From the IMG/VR virus record IMGVR_UViG_3300008255_000125: DNA of 64,000 bases. One strand, written 5' to 3'. The DNA is from an uncultured virus (IMG/VR IMGVR_UViG_3300008255_000125) (taxonomy: Duplodnaviria > Heunggongvirae > Uroviricota > Caudoviricetes). The position numbers and the translations under genes were made by a program. Below the pieces are notes generated by a model. That model saw only the letters and a program-made list of their open reading frames with translations, had not been told where the DNA came from and did no database searches. Shown here in pieces: positions 11,101 to 20,895 of this stretch; positions within the stretch are counted from its first letter, which is position 1, and the number at the start of each line of letters is the position of its first letter.

Positions 11101-14100
11101 TCGTTGATCTCTGAGTATGTTAATTCCCCCCCCCACAACTCGTTAACCCCACCATACGTAGCGTAGGTCTCTGATGATGGTAGAGTAGTTAATGTTGCTA
11201 AATTTGAAGAGCTTAATTCGTTATCTGGTTTTATTAACTGAACTTCATAATCCTTAACCACACCAGTAGCCTTAGCTTTTACCTCAGCTGTTACACCATA
11301 AATTTTAGCATTAGTTGGAATTGAAAATCCAAAGTTCTTAGCTGCGAGTTTATATGTATACCCTGATCCATACAGATCAAAGATTACCTCCCATCCAGCA
11401 GCTTGCCATGTTCCCAATTTAATAGCTGTACCACCAGGGAATAAACCAGAGTTACCACAACCAATTTGTATATTATCAGATACACCACCACCCTCAAATG
11501 TTATAACAAGGAAATAATTAGATCCTGCCTCTAATAATATTTTTTCTGCACCACTAAATGTAAATGTTACATATGAATAACTACTACTTACTGTTGTTGA
11601 ATCGATAGGATCAGCTGTTGCTAGTAGTGTTTCTGGATATGAATTAAATGCTCCAACATTACCGTATACAGTATATAACTGGGCTGTAATGTTACTTGTA
11701 GGTGATCCAGTACTCTTCATGTATATATTTACTGTATCTACATATGAATTATATTTATTTTCCCAAGACGAAGCAATTGCTGTGTATAAAGCATTTCTTA
11801 TTGTAAAATCTGCTTCATATCTTGAACTTGGCCACCCTATTACTTGAGTTTCAGATACTGTGGCTGTCGCAAAATTTCCATCTTCTATTTTTGCATTATC
11901 TGGATTTATCCAATCTACACCAGCTTGTGGTCTAGATGGCTCTCCGTAAATATAATAAATAAAATCATATATTGATCCATATGTATATGATGATACATAA
12001 TAGAAATAGTTTCCAGGATCTAGTAATGTTGAGGAATCAAGTTCAACTAGAAGATAATTAGAAGCATCTCCAGTAATCCCTTCAGCACTTAGTGCTATAC
12101 AATAATTAGTATTTTCTTCTAATATTATTTGGTTTGCACCAGAAAATATAAACTCAAAAAGTTGTGTTGACCCAGTAACTGGGGTTATATCTACTGCATC
12201 AGAAGTTGCTAGTACTGTTCCTGTTGGTCTACCACTACTTCCAAGTGTTCCAGTCATTGCGTATATTTTTATTACTGCTGTTCCTGTTGGTGCGCCAATT
12301 TTCCATAATGACATCTTTGCTGATGTTAATTTTATACTATTTTCATTATGAAATGTCTGACCAGCCTCTATTCTTGAATCGCTCCTCATCTGGTTTATAC
12401 CAGATGTTTGGTATATTTCTGGGTAAAAATTAGTCAATATGGAATAATCTGATGTTGATGATGGAGAATTAGTTGTACTATCAATAATTTTACCTTCTGT
12501 CATTTCAATAGAATCACTTACACTAACTGTATAAAGCAAAGGAAGAGTACTAATAGTTTCTCTAATTATTCTGTCGTCATGTACGTTTATATAGATATCA
12601 TCCTGAAAAGCAAGATCTATATCACTATGGAACATTATATTACCAGATGAAGATGTATCTGATGTAGAATTTGAATCAACCCAAACTCCAAGTGTTCCTA
12701 ATAATGGAACTCCTGGTTGTTTGTGAGTCATTGGATGAACCGCAAACATTAAATTTGGTTTAGTTTGGTAATTAGTTGGATATGCGTAATTTTTTGATTC
12801 CTGCCATGAACCATTCCTGAATCGACTTAAAACTACATCAAAAACAGGTGTAGACCCATATGGTTTCTCCGAAGCAATATATATATTATCTTGTTTGTCG
12901 ATAGATATTGATTGTCTGCATATAGTTCCACTCATTACTGATGTATCTACAATACTTGTTGGAGTAGCCCAAGAACCTGATACTAGTTTACTGTATCTTG
13001 TTGCATTACTACTCCAATATGTAACATGTGGGTCGCTATTACTATCAACAGCTATTGTTGCGTAGTAAGCAGATGTTCCGACATCTACCAATGAAGAGTC
13101 TATTGAACCCCAAGATTGAGTGCTCTCTGTATATTTTATATAATGTATTTTAGTTAAAGATTCACCAGACCAATGACCTTGCCATACCGCATGTATATTA
13201 TTAAAACGATCAATAGATAAACTTGGTGTAAATTGAGAAAATGCATCATCTGTTAGATATGTAATATCATTCTCAAATACTCCAGTTGATAAATATTTTC
13301 TATAAAATATTTGATAATAAGTTGGATTTGCACCATACCCTAATCCATGGGAAATAAAATGTACATTATCGTACCCGTCAATAGCCATTGCAGGTGCAGA
13401 TTGAACTTCACTTGAATCTGTTAATATGATTCTACTTTGTGTTCCAATATTAGCAAATGTTCCTTTTTTAAAGAATGCGTTTGTTACTGTTGGGTTATTT
13501 GTTGCACCTTTCCCTGACCATGAAACATAAATATTATCAGCACTATCGATCGCTATCTTTGGGTTAAAACAAGACCCAGATGATATACGATATACATTTT
13601 TTTGATCTGCTCCTCCAGGCCACGTCTTTCCACCATCGGTTGATCTGGCGATCCATATTTCATAGTTAGAATAAGTGGATCCATACGCATTGAATACAGC
13701 ATAGACAACACCATTAGAGTCTCTTGCTATTGAACGCCCTTGTGTTGTTTCCATATATCCCCAAGTTGATCCAGTTTTACCATCATAAGCAATTACCGTA
13801 TAAGCTGTAGTAAATTTTTCAGATATTGAAACCACATCAGAGACGTTTATTGATAAATCTAGTGTCTTTGACGCAATAGATTCTGTTATTGTTATATTAT
13901 CGGATGTTGATATATTATAATTTAAAAAGAATATATCACTATAATCTGTAACATTTAATGTTTCAACGATAACAACATAATATTCATAAATATCAGTTAA
14001 TACTTGAACTGTATAGTTTTCACTAGAAATTATATTATCATAAACGATTATATCACCAAGGTCACCTCCAACTGAGTTAATATTTTCAGATATATTTATA

Positions 14101-15893
14101 TTATCAACAATAGAAATCTCAGGGTCTGGTAAAACCGATGGAAATGTTTGGATACCATAAACATAAAAAGCTAAATCGTTTGTAGAAGCTCCAAAAAAAG
14201 TGGTTCCGTTTGAAGAATAAGATCTATTTCCAATGTGTGGATCTGTGTTATGATATGTAACTCTTAAATAATTCGAAGCATCACCTCCTGTGTAATAAAG
14301 AACTATAACATAATATTTCCCAGCATTTAATGTTACTTGGTTTTCTCCAGAGAATGTAAAGTATCTAGCAGAGTATGTTGCTGGTATTGTTGATACATCA
14401 TATGGATCAGAAATTGCTAGTGGACTTCCACTTGGTTTACCAGATACACCAAACTCTCCTTCCATTTCATATAATGCGGAATAACAATTTCCTGTTGGAG
14501 AACCACTTCCGTATATATGAAACCCAGCACTAGTAAGTTTATATGTTGTTGTAGGTAAGTAGAAGCTTTCACCAAGATACGCGTATGTATTTCCACCGTA
14601 CATTGAAAAATAATAACCATAACTAGAATTACCATCAATAAGTACAGTTTCTGTTCCGTCTAATGGCCCTTCATTTATATAAATACTATCAGAAACATCT
14701 ATATCAAGATCATAGACCTTTTCTATTTGCTTCATAGCCCACATAGTTACACCAGCTGCTGGTGACCCAGAAGCAGATGTTTCAAAACTCATTGTGTCAA
14801 AACCGCTAAACAGGTCTGTATTCACAGAATCACTTCCAGTACCATTTGCATCAGCTAATGTTACAGATTGGTTAGCAGCAGATCCATTCTTGAATAACTT
14901 TGTTGTTCTTGATTGGCCAGCAGAAATCGCAGTAGCAATATATACAATAAGATCACTATATTCAACTAAAATAGAAGAACCACCAATATTTTGCCTTTGG
15001 TTTTCTGTTGTACTACCTGCTATTCCAGATTGGTTTGTTGGTAACCAGTATTGAGTAGTTGTACCTGAGTTATTATAACCCATACCACAAACGTTTGATT
15101 CTCCTTCTACATCTGCCTCAACACCTATTGCCCATCCATTAGGGGCTCTATTATTTGTAACTGTTCCAGTTATAACAAATTGAATTGCAAGCAAATCACC
15201 AGGGGCTATATCAATATTTAATCCAGTTACAGATTGATCTAGTGAACCACTACTTCCAAATGTTAAAGTAGAAGACGCTTCAACTGATCCATTTTTATTA
15301 ATAGAAATATCGTAAGTAACACCAGCGTCTGCATAACCTATCATCGAGAAATAAAATGATTTAATTGTACCATTTATGGCAACTAAAGATCTTCTCCATG
15401 TTATTGTAGATGTAGTATAACCACCAGAAGCTGGTTGGTAAGTTGTCCCAGATGTTCCAACCCCATTACCAGTACCCCCCATTATTGATGACATTTTGGG
15501 CGTATCTCCCTCATACAATAATGACCATCTTTGATATGTAGGTAAAGCTGGTGAATTTGTTTGTGTTGATTTAACTACTATTCTATCTCCAGCTGTAAAC
15601 ACAACTCCAGCCCCTGTATATTCTCCTGTTGTATCTGTGTCAGAGATTGTAACAGAAACAGCTGTGTCAACTGCATTTTTTCTAATAGTAAAAGTAATAC
15701 TAGCCCCCGCACCAGGTGCAGTATCTATAGACACTTGGAATGTACTTAATGTTCCACCAACAGCCACTCTGTATGTTCTCCAGTATTCTCCTGTTGTCCA
15801 AGTATTTGATGAGGTACCAGCAAAAATAGGCGCATATTCTGTTGATGCTGCTGTTGGCGCGTCTGTCATTCCTCCAATAAAGACTTGTTTCAT
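8193..15893 (-). CDS. giant (2566 aa) multidomain fibre/adhesin protein
   Basis: Asp-box STDGGKTW beta-propeller-like region, three related GESF/GQTF jelly-roll-like modules, dozens of DxIxIxE repeats. Confidence 0.7.
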   Translation of the reverse strand: MKQVFIGGMTDAPTAASTEYAPIFAGTSSNTWTTGEYWRTYRVAVGGTLSTFQVSIDTAPGAGASITFTIRKNAVDTAVSVTISDTDTTGEYTGAGVVFTAGDRIVVKSTQTNSPALPTYQRWSLLYEGDTPKMSSIMGGTGNGVGTSGTTYQPASGGYTTSTITWRRSLVAINGTIKSFYFSMIGYADAGVTYDISINKNGSVEASSTLTFGSSGSLDQSVTGLNIDIAPGDLLAIQFVITGTVTNNRAPNGWAIGVEADVEGESNVCGMGYNNSGTTTQYWLPTNQSGIAGSTTENQRQNIGGSSILVEYSDLIVYIATAISAGQSRTTKLFKNGSAANQSVTLADANGTGSDSVNTDLFSGFDTMSFETSASGSPAAGVTMWAMKQIEKVYDLDIDVSDSIYINEGPLDGTETVLIDGNSSYGYYFSMYGGNTYAYLGESFYLPTTTYKLTSAGFHIYGSGSPTGNCYSALYEMEGEFGVSGKPSGSPLAISDPYDVSTIPATYSARYFTFSGENQVTLNAGKYYVIVLYYTGGDASNYLRVTYHNTDPHIGNRSYSSNGTTFFGASTNDLAFYVYGIQTFPSVLPDPEISIVDNINISENINSVGGDLGDIIVYDNIISSENYTVQVLTDIYEYYVVIVETLNVTDYSDIFFLNYNISTSDNITITESIASKTLDLSINVSDVVSISEKFTTAYTVIAYDGKTGSTWGYMETTQGRSIARDSNGVVYAVFNAYGSTYSNYEIWIARSTDGGKTWPGGADQKNVYRISSGSCFNPKIAIDSADNIYVSWSGKGATNNPTVTNAFFKKGTFANIGTQSRIILTDSSEVQSAPAMAIDGYDNVHFISHGLGYGANPTYYQIFYRKYLSTGVFENDITYLTDDAFSQFTPSLSIDRFNNIHAVWQGHWSGESLTKIHYIKYTESTQSWGSIDSSLVDVGTSAYYATIAVDSNSDPHVTYWSSNATRYSKLVSGSWATPTSIVDTSVMSGTICRQSISIDKQDNIYIASEKPYGSTPVFDVVLSRFRNGSWQESKNYAYPTNYQTKPNLMFAVHPMTHKQPGVPLLGTLGVWVDSNSTSDTSSSGNIMFHSDIDLAFQDDIYINVHDDRIIRETISTLPLLYTVSVSDSIEMTEGKIIDSTTNSPSSTSDYSILTNFYPEIYQTSGINQMRSDSRIEAGQTFHNENSIKLTSAKMSLWKIGAPTGTAVIKIYAMTGTLGSSGRPTGTVLATSDAVDITPVTGSTQLFEFIFSGANQIILEENTNYCIALSAEGITGDASNYLLVELDSSTLLDPGNYFYYVSSYTYGSIYDFIYYIYGEPSRPQAGVDWINPDNAKIEDGNFATATVSETQVIGWPSSRYEADFTIRNALYTAIASSWENKYNSYVDTVNIYMKSTGSPTSNITAQLYTVYGNVGAFNSYPETLLATADPIDSTTVSSSYSYVTFTFSGAEKILLEAGSNYFLVITFEGGGVSDNIQIGCGNSGLFPGGTAIKLGTWQAAGWEVIFDLYGSGYTYKLAAKNFGFSIPTNAKIYGVTAEVKAKATGVVKDYEVQLIKPDNELSSSNLATLTTLPSSETYATYGGVNELWGGELTYSEINDTNFGVAYSAFGLGDVSVDHIRLIIQYTVREIDVTVDSSIDTFDTISTTENVSMDNPYLVSVSDTVSIQEDITSNGLLGGIDVFDSLSIVDEFVFGITINVTDSINIIEDNSFFFLNWVINTSELINISENINSSNESSLSAVDNLSILDVVTVKILLLGDINIYDLLNITEGPAATGTIDSATTTGGTVDTIASQGGNVAGWSDIDNVKISNDTYATAGNAYVEPTVDETNTLKVTNFDFSSIPNTATITGIKVTVEKKSSHDDVSDYCRDDSVFLNKADDTASSSSRADSITHWPTTETNIDYGGSKDTWGLNLNIEDIKNSNFGVRFKAIVVSETTAVTAYVDSISITVYYSLTSGPKVEEISTVNIFDLISIEENNNASVPVNISTYELINITENYTDIIPTYYISVSDQVNITENHTEITPTYYISVSDQVNTTENYTGIIPTYYISVSDQVSITENIVSISSLSGVVVSDQISISESASISNTDLGNINVSDNLNIIDVPSISNKTLSPISTYDNLSITDTVILSGITIGDIYIYDSINIYDIIESQKEFTIDIVDSINISENIDLIITVYFLDIYDNLTISESYNFDSYLGNINIFDLINISEETIGETPYGINLYDNINVLEPAKTFDDPNTTFDDILLKYDGYFIDIELISFINEIDYININESIITEPSISNINIFDYISISENLEGIKNLTISTFDNINIVEYIDRQIEISRIYVSEIVNIYENLSEVRNLVVFISDNININELNINEVNIPNIFIYDSINISENLDNIRNLTIFTFDNINITEEIQTQIGNLSTNINDIIKISQNIDINTSIGLIDIYDSVLITEGETIELSDLSILIYDNINITDNYSANANININTDDNITISEYINTESISVINIMENVIITDIVVIESFRFSPSIKKPKGSGHSIGNPNGSINSIRRPSGSMSSIRTPVGTRNNIGNPIGSMKTVGRPSGSVN
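9716..9915 (-). repeat. three near-identical 63-bp (21-aa) tandem repeats PTYYISVSDQVxxTEN
   Basis: TTACTTGATC recurs at 9731, 9794 and 9857. Confidence 0.85.
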
Positions 15894-15931
15894 AGATAGT
15901 TAATTCATTAAACCCATTTATATTTTATATT

Positions 15932-16171
15932 TTACATTCTTTGCCCAGGACCAAGATCTTTACCAGATACTGAATCATGTACATTTACCTCTAAAATAGA
16001 TGGGTCATTAAAAGAAGCTTCTTTTATAACTTCTTCGGGTTTATTAACTTGAAATTCAAAAGCAACTTCTTTGTCAGGAAAAATTCCATCTCCTGCTATT
16101 TGAACACCATCTAAGTAGAGTTTACCTCTACTAAATAGTATTTTATGACTACCATTGGTTAATTTATTCAT
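15932..16171 (-). CDS. hypothetical protein
   Basis: 79-aa ORF preceded by the late-promoter motif. Confidence 0.6.
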   Translation of the reverse strand: MNKLTNGSHKILFSRGKLYLDGVQIAGDGIFPDKEVAFEFQVNKPEEVIKEASFNDPSILEVNVHDSVSGKDLGPGQRM

Positions 16172-16199
16172 ACCCTTATTTTACCATAGTACTGAACGA

Positions 16200-16226
16200 A
16201 AAAGACACCTTATTAAGGCGTCTTTT
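16200..16226. terminator. intrinsic terminator (possibly bidirectional)
   Basis: AAAAGACACCTT-att-AAGGCGTCTTTT hairpin between genes. Confidence 0.6.
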
Positions 16227-16238
16227 AAGTTTTTATAT

Positions 16239-16796
16239 TTAATCTATCATTCTATAAGCACTAAATGAGCAGTATCCACTATTTGAACTGTAGCATGTTG
16301 TTTCATTTCCAGTGTATCCAAAAAGCCTAAGAACATCTCCTTCATTCATCGGTACCTGTACATTTCCACCAACACCAGCAAGATTTGTTCCACCACTTGT
16401 TCCTCTACCAAGTATATAGGTTATAGCACTAGAACTATTAATCCCAATTCCAACTATATATATATTACCATCAGTTACAGATGAAAAACAAAGCACACCA
16501 CTAATTGAATACATTCCACCCTTGCCTGTTGGTACAGTAAAAAGTGTTCCATCAAATGCATTATGCGTGTCTTCTAATTCAGTTGCAAATTGTATTGTTG
16601 TAAAAGACGAAGTAACACTAGTAGATGATTGTTTTGCTGAAAACCCCACTCTATTTAAGTGTTCAGAAGTTAAAGAACCGTCAGATTCTACAACAAGAGA
16701 TTGTTCTGGGGCAGCACTATCAACAGCAATAACCCTATGCATCCTAGAATGCGAAGGGCTATTTAGTGTATCCGAACCTTGAGGCAATGTTATCAT
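16239..16796 (-). CDS. C1q/TNF-like domain virion protein
   Basis: VGFSA...IQF...FTVPTGKGGMY...MNEGDVLRL...FSAY pattern of the C1q fold. Confidence 0.65.
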   Translation of the reverse strand: MITLPQGSDTLNSPSHSRMHRVIAVDSAAPEQSLVVESDGSLTSEHLNRVGFSAKQSSTSVTSSFTTIQFATELEDTHNAFDGTLFTVPTGKGGMYSISGVLCFSSVTDGNIYIVGIGINSSSAITYILGRGTSGGTNLAGVGGNVQVPMNEGDVLRLFGYTGNETTCYSSNSGYCSFSAYRMID

Positions 16797-16826
16797 GTTA
16801 ATATTTTAACATAGTCCTAAGGTTTT

Positions 16827-17771
16827 TTATTTAATTTCCTTAGGCTTAACTCCTTTTATTGGCATGTTTTTACGAGGAACTCCACCCATTGGGTATTGTC
16901 TACCTCTTTCGTCTATATGCTGAACAAAGATGTTTGTATCAACTAGAAAGGGAAACTTTTTCTTTGCATATTGAGGCCATCCAGCCTTTGTAAAGATATC
17001 ATCTCTCATAACTCTTTTACAGAAATTAAGATCTGTGGTACCTCTAGTATAAGCAAATCTTGGTTTTTCATTTTCATCTGTATTGTCAAATCCAAAGTTT
17101 CCAACATTAAAGTTAGGTAAAGAGAATACATTTCTAGTAACTTCATTACCCACCATATACTCTTCACTTTCGTTCCATAAAGCTTTAATGATTGATCCAT
17201 GAATCAGTGTTAACCCGAATGGTACTCCATCACACCATACCTTATCTCCAAGTTTGAAGTCTCTAAATGATCCATTTCCACGTCCTCTATAAAGAATAGG
17301 TTCTGGTGGGTGAGATTTAGTATAATATAAACCAGAAACAATAGGAACTTTGTTCTCTGTCATGTATTCATTCAATCGAACAAATGTATCTGGTGGTATA
17401 AGGTTATCTTGCTCTATTGACAAAAACCACTCAAAATCTCCCTCAACAACTTGTTTAGCTATTAAGTTTTCTGCATCTGGAAGCTGGTATTCTAAAGGAG
17501 CATATGTATTCATCCACTGAACCATTTCTACTTGACTCCAGTTTGTTGGAATTATTTGACCATATTTAGCCATAACCCACTCAATTCTAACTATTCCAGT
17601 TGTAGGAACAGCTATCAATATTCTATTTGTCCAAGTTCCTGGGTTTTTATTCAATTCGTGGTATATCTGACCTTGTGTTGAATAATCCATTCTCTGCTTC
17701 TTTGTTGGAACATTTTTAGTTAACTTATGACCCAAATCTATTTTCATAGTTTTTTCTTTTTTCTTTTTCAT
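16827..17771 (-). CDS. glycosyltransferase (GT-A/GT2-like)
   Basis: ILIAVPT...FLSIEQDNL (DxD-like)...IVSGLY...GLTLIH...DLNFC. Confidence 0.7.
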   Translation of the reverse strand: MKKKKEKTMKIDLGHKLTKNVPTKKQRMDYSTQGQIYHELNKNPGTWTNRILIAVPTTGIVRIEWVMAKYGQIIPTNWSQVEMVQWMNTYAPLEYQLPDAENLIAKQVVEGDFEWFLSIEQDNLIPPDTFVRLNEYMTENKVPIVSGLYYTKSHPPEPILYRGRGNGSFRDFKLGDKVWCDGVPFGLTLIHGSIIKALWNESEEYMVGNEVTRNVFSLPNFNVGNFGFDNTDENEKPRFAYTRGTTDLNFCKRVMRDDIFTKAGWPQYAKKKFPFLVDTNIFVQHIDERGRQYPMGGVPRKNMPIKGVKPKEIK

Positions 17772-17772
17772 A

Positions 17773-18351
17773 TTATTTAGTTTGCTTAGTGTGTAATTTC
17801 AAAAGACGTAGATATTCTGGATCTACCTTATGATGTGCTTCTATTGCTCGTTTTACGAGAACGACCTCTATGTTACCTGTAGTATGCCATGTATTTATTT
17901 TTATTCTCCAAGGTAATGGTGAATAAATTCCATAAAGTTGACCTTGATATAATTGATCTTCTGGATCAAAATAACTCCAAGTTTCTTCATTGATGAAATT
18001 AACATGTGTTGGGTCTCTAAACATTCCAACTGATGTAGCATATGGTGCTCCTATTAGGAACTCTCCATCTTCTTTTAAGATCCTCCATGCTTCATTCATA
18101 AAGGAAATAAAAATACCATGGGATGGGTTTATATGCTCAATCACATGGTTTGCTATTGCTGTATTAAAAGATTCTGATGGTACAGCCCATGGGAAAGATT
18201 CAAGATCTTGAACTAGATCTACTCCTGGCATTTTTCGGTAATCTATACCGAACCAGTCTTTTCCTTGCTTGTTTCCACCACAACCGATATCGACGTAGGA
18301 TACCTTCTGTTTTTCTATTCTATTTCGAACTACTTTTGATGTTTTCTTCAT
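17773..18351 (-). CDS. class I SAM-dependent methyltransferase
   Basis: VDIGCG motif I, HVIEHI, RILKEDG, DPTH. Confidence 0.85.
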   Translation of the reverse strand: MKKTSKVVRNRIEKQKVSYVDIGCGGNKQGKDWFGIDYRKMPGVDLVQDLESFPWAVPSESFNTAIANHVIEHINPSHGIFISFMNEAWRILKEDGEFLIGAPYATSVGMFRDPTHVNFINEETWSYFDPEDQLYQGQLYGIYSPLPWRIKINTWHTTGNIEVVLVKRAIEAHHKVDPEYLRLLKLHTKQTK

Positions 18352-18441
18352 ATTTATATAATTAATAATTTAATAATGTTCAGGATCCTAAGAACCTGAT
18401 ATATGTGTCCCACAGTGTGAGACACATTATCAAGTACCTAA

Positions 18442-18942
18442 TTAAGCACTAGCGAAACGAATTTGATAGGTAGCATTTACTGACTGGTTAGTTGCACATG
18501 AACTTGAAGCGAATGTATTCCCTGCGAAGAGAGTACCTGCACCTGTTGTTGAAGTGTTGAACAAACCAATACATGAAATGTTAGCTGTTGTTGTTACGAA
18601 ACTAGCTGCAGAAGCGAATGCTCCTGTAAATTGGGCTGTACCTGAAGCTACGATTGAGCTTGAAACGGCTGCACGACCAGAAGTTGAGTGTGTCAACTCT
18701 CCTGTCAATGCTGTAGCGTTTGAAGCTGGAGCTCCTCCTGTACCAAGTGCCATGTGAGTAACACTCTTTCCAGCACCTGAAGTTAACCAATCAACGACAT
18801 ATTGTTTTATACCATCGTTGGTTACTTGGTTTTTCTGCCATCCTGAGTCACCGATGACACCTTTGCCTTCTTCGGTTAACTGAACTCGGAAAAAACCTGA
18901 TACCTTCATGCCATCTGAATGGCCTTTTGTTTTTTTCATCAT
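18442..18942 (-). CDS. putative tail fibre-associated structural protein
   Basis: NQVTNDG...THMALGTG...GLFN pattern seen in tail fibre N-terminal domains. Confidence 0.5.
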   Translation of the reverse strand: MMKKTKGHSDGMKVSGFFRVQLTEEGKGVIGDSGWQKNQVTNDGIKQYVVDWLTSGAGKSVTHMALGTGGAPASNATALTGELTHSTSGRAAVSSSIVASGTAQFTGAFASAASFVTTTANISCIGLFNTSTTGAGTLFAGNTFASSSCATNQSVNATYQIRFASA

Positions 18943-19141
18943 ATTTATAAAAGGTTAAAATACTAATCTAGATTAACATTTTCGACTACATAGTTCGACC
19001 AATGTATTCAAAAAAGACTGTATAATTTATATTCATATTATAATTGTTTTTAACCTACTTATTATACACCATTTGAATAAAAAAAACAAACACACAAAAT
19101 GTATTGTTTTTTAAAAATCTATTTAACTTAAGATGTACTAA

Positions 19142-19483
19142 TTAAGCACCAAGCATGTGGTATATTGTTAATCCTATCATAAAAACACCCACAGCGGTAT
19201 ATATTACCATTGATGTCATATAAAAGCTTTTAGCAGCCTCTAGTGACCTTATACGGGTCTCTATATCCTTGTTTAGTTTATCTTGAATTTCTTCCATTTC
19301 TTTTCTATCTATCCTACTTGCATCTACTTCCTTTTTGTCAGCTTTGTTTAATTGAAGGTCCTTAATCCTACCAGCAGTACCATCGTTCAAGTCTTTTATG
19401 TCTCGTCTAACGTTTTGCATTTCTGTTCGTAATTCTATTAGTAAATCATGATCCCTATTGCTTATCATAGTATTTTCTTCCAT
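19142..19483 (-). CDS. coiled-coil protein with C-terminal TM helix (holin/spanin-like?)
   Basis: Heptad-rich body, hydrophobic C-terminus. Confidence 0.4.
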   Translation of the reverse strand: MEENTMISNRDHDLLIELRTEMQNVRRDIKDLNDGTAGRIKDLQLNKADKKEVDASRIDRKEMEEIQDKLNKDIETRIRSLEAAKSFYMTSMVIYTAVGVFMIGLTIYHMLGA

Positions 19484-19499
19484 ATTGTTTTTATTAATT

Positions 19500-20282
19500 T
19501 TATTCTGGTGATCCTACAGTCACACCCTCTGTTATTGATAATGATGAGACTAGTCCACTAGGGTGTGTATAGTCTATTTCCTGATTATTATTTTCTGTTA
19601 AATCGATTAGGTCTACTGTATTTATATCCATAGCGGCGGAATGTGCTACTGTAATAGACTCAGCTATTGTAATTCTGTCTGATTCTTTTACATATGGTTC
19701 AAATACTGAATTATCATTTCCTGTACTCATTAAGTATGACTGAATTGCTGTCACTTTTATGTAATTTAATAGGAATAAATCAGTTGAATCACTAAATACG
19801 AAAAGACTCATGGGGTCGTTAGGTATAACACTTACTGGTACATTAAGTAAACTAGATTCACCTATTGTAACTAATAATTGTCCACCAACGTAAAAACGAA
19901 CTGCCCCTGACTCCCATTTTATTCTAAATTCAGTATCAGTATCTGTCCAACTGTCTTGCCACTCAATAACCTCTGAGTAAGATGTTACTCCATCAGATGT
20001 TTCAGCAGTTAAAACTGGACCAGTTATTTTAAAAGATGCATATACATTTTTACTATATTGAATAAAACCAAACCTAGAATCACCATCAGCGAATGGTTTG
20101 GCTATATTTATATTAAAAACAGCATCACCTCGAAGAATATCAGCATAATGTATTATTGCTGCTTTATTTAATTGTAATTGATTACTTACAATTGCTGCGT
20201 CTCCATATAATGTTCTCCATGTCCCAGCGTCAAACCCCTGAGCAATTGGACTGTAATTTAAGTTGTAAAATTGATTAGCCAT
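19500..20282 (-). CDS. beta-sandwich virion protein (paralog of 20309..20839)
   Basis: Shares NQ.YN..Y.PI.QG.D, IHYADIL.GDA.F and WTD..TEFR.KW with its neighbour. Confidence 0.65.
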   Translation of the reverse strand: MANQFYNLNYSPIAQGFDAGTWRTLYGDAAIVSNQLQLNKAAIIHYADILRGDAVFNINIAKPFADGDSRFGFIQYSKNVYASFKITGPVLTAETSDGVTSYSEVIEWQDSWTDTDTEFRIKWESGAVRFYVGGQLLVTIGESSLLNVPVSVIPNDPMSLFVFSDSTDLFLLNYIKVTAIQSYLMSTGNDNSVFEPYVKESDRITIAESITVAHSAAMDINTVDLIDLTENNNQEIDYTHPSGLVSSLSITEGVTVGSPE

Positions 20283-20308
20283 GTTTATATTCTATCATAG
20301 TCCCAAGA

Positions 20309-20839
20309 CTATATTAAATTCTGAACACCTTTTACGTTTATATAATTCAATGATAATGGATTAGTACTATCACTTTTAACATATAAATTTAATGTACTTC
20401 CTGGAACATTTTCATCACTTGTTACAACCCTTTCTGTTCCATTAATGTAAAAAATAGCTCTACCTGCATCCCATTTAACCCTAAATTCAGTATTGGCATC
20501 TGTCCAGCCTGCTTCCCACGCGATAAGTGTTGATGTTATATTTGCACCAATAAAAGCATCTGCATATAATTCATCATCAGTCACCCTAAATCCAACACCA
20601 GCTGCTTGATTTAAGTCATGAAAACCGAAAACAATATCATCACCAGCTGCTGGTTCTGATATATTTATACTAAAAGTTGCGTCTCCATGTAAAATATCTG
20701 CATAGTGTATAACACTTGCAGCGTCTAAACTTAAGACATTAGATGCGACAACAGGAGCACCAGTAATGGTACTCCATGTGTCTAAATCATATCCTTGACG
20801 GATTGGATCGTAATAAAAATTGTAATATTGATTGGACAT
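20309..20839 (-). CDS. beta-sandwich virion protein (paralog of 19500..20282)
   Basis: Clear similarity to the downstream gene. Confidence 0.65.
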   Translation of the reverse strand: MSNQYYNFYYDPIRQGYDLDTWSTITGAPVVASNVLSLDAASVIHYADILHGDATFSINISEPAAGDDIVFGFHDLNQAAGVGFRVTDDELYADAFIGANITSTLIAWEAGWTDANTEFRVKWDAGRAIFYINGTERVVTSDENVPGSTLNLYVKSDSTNPLSLNYINVKGVQNLI

Positions 20840-20895
20840 GATAAATTGTGTAAATTAATTAACTAATATACTTATTTTACCATAGTCCTAGGATA

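Noticed and set aside
336..15893. Diversity-generating retroelement acting on fibre genes
   Set aside because: No reverse transcriptase and no adenine-specific TR/VR pair was seen in the window.
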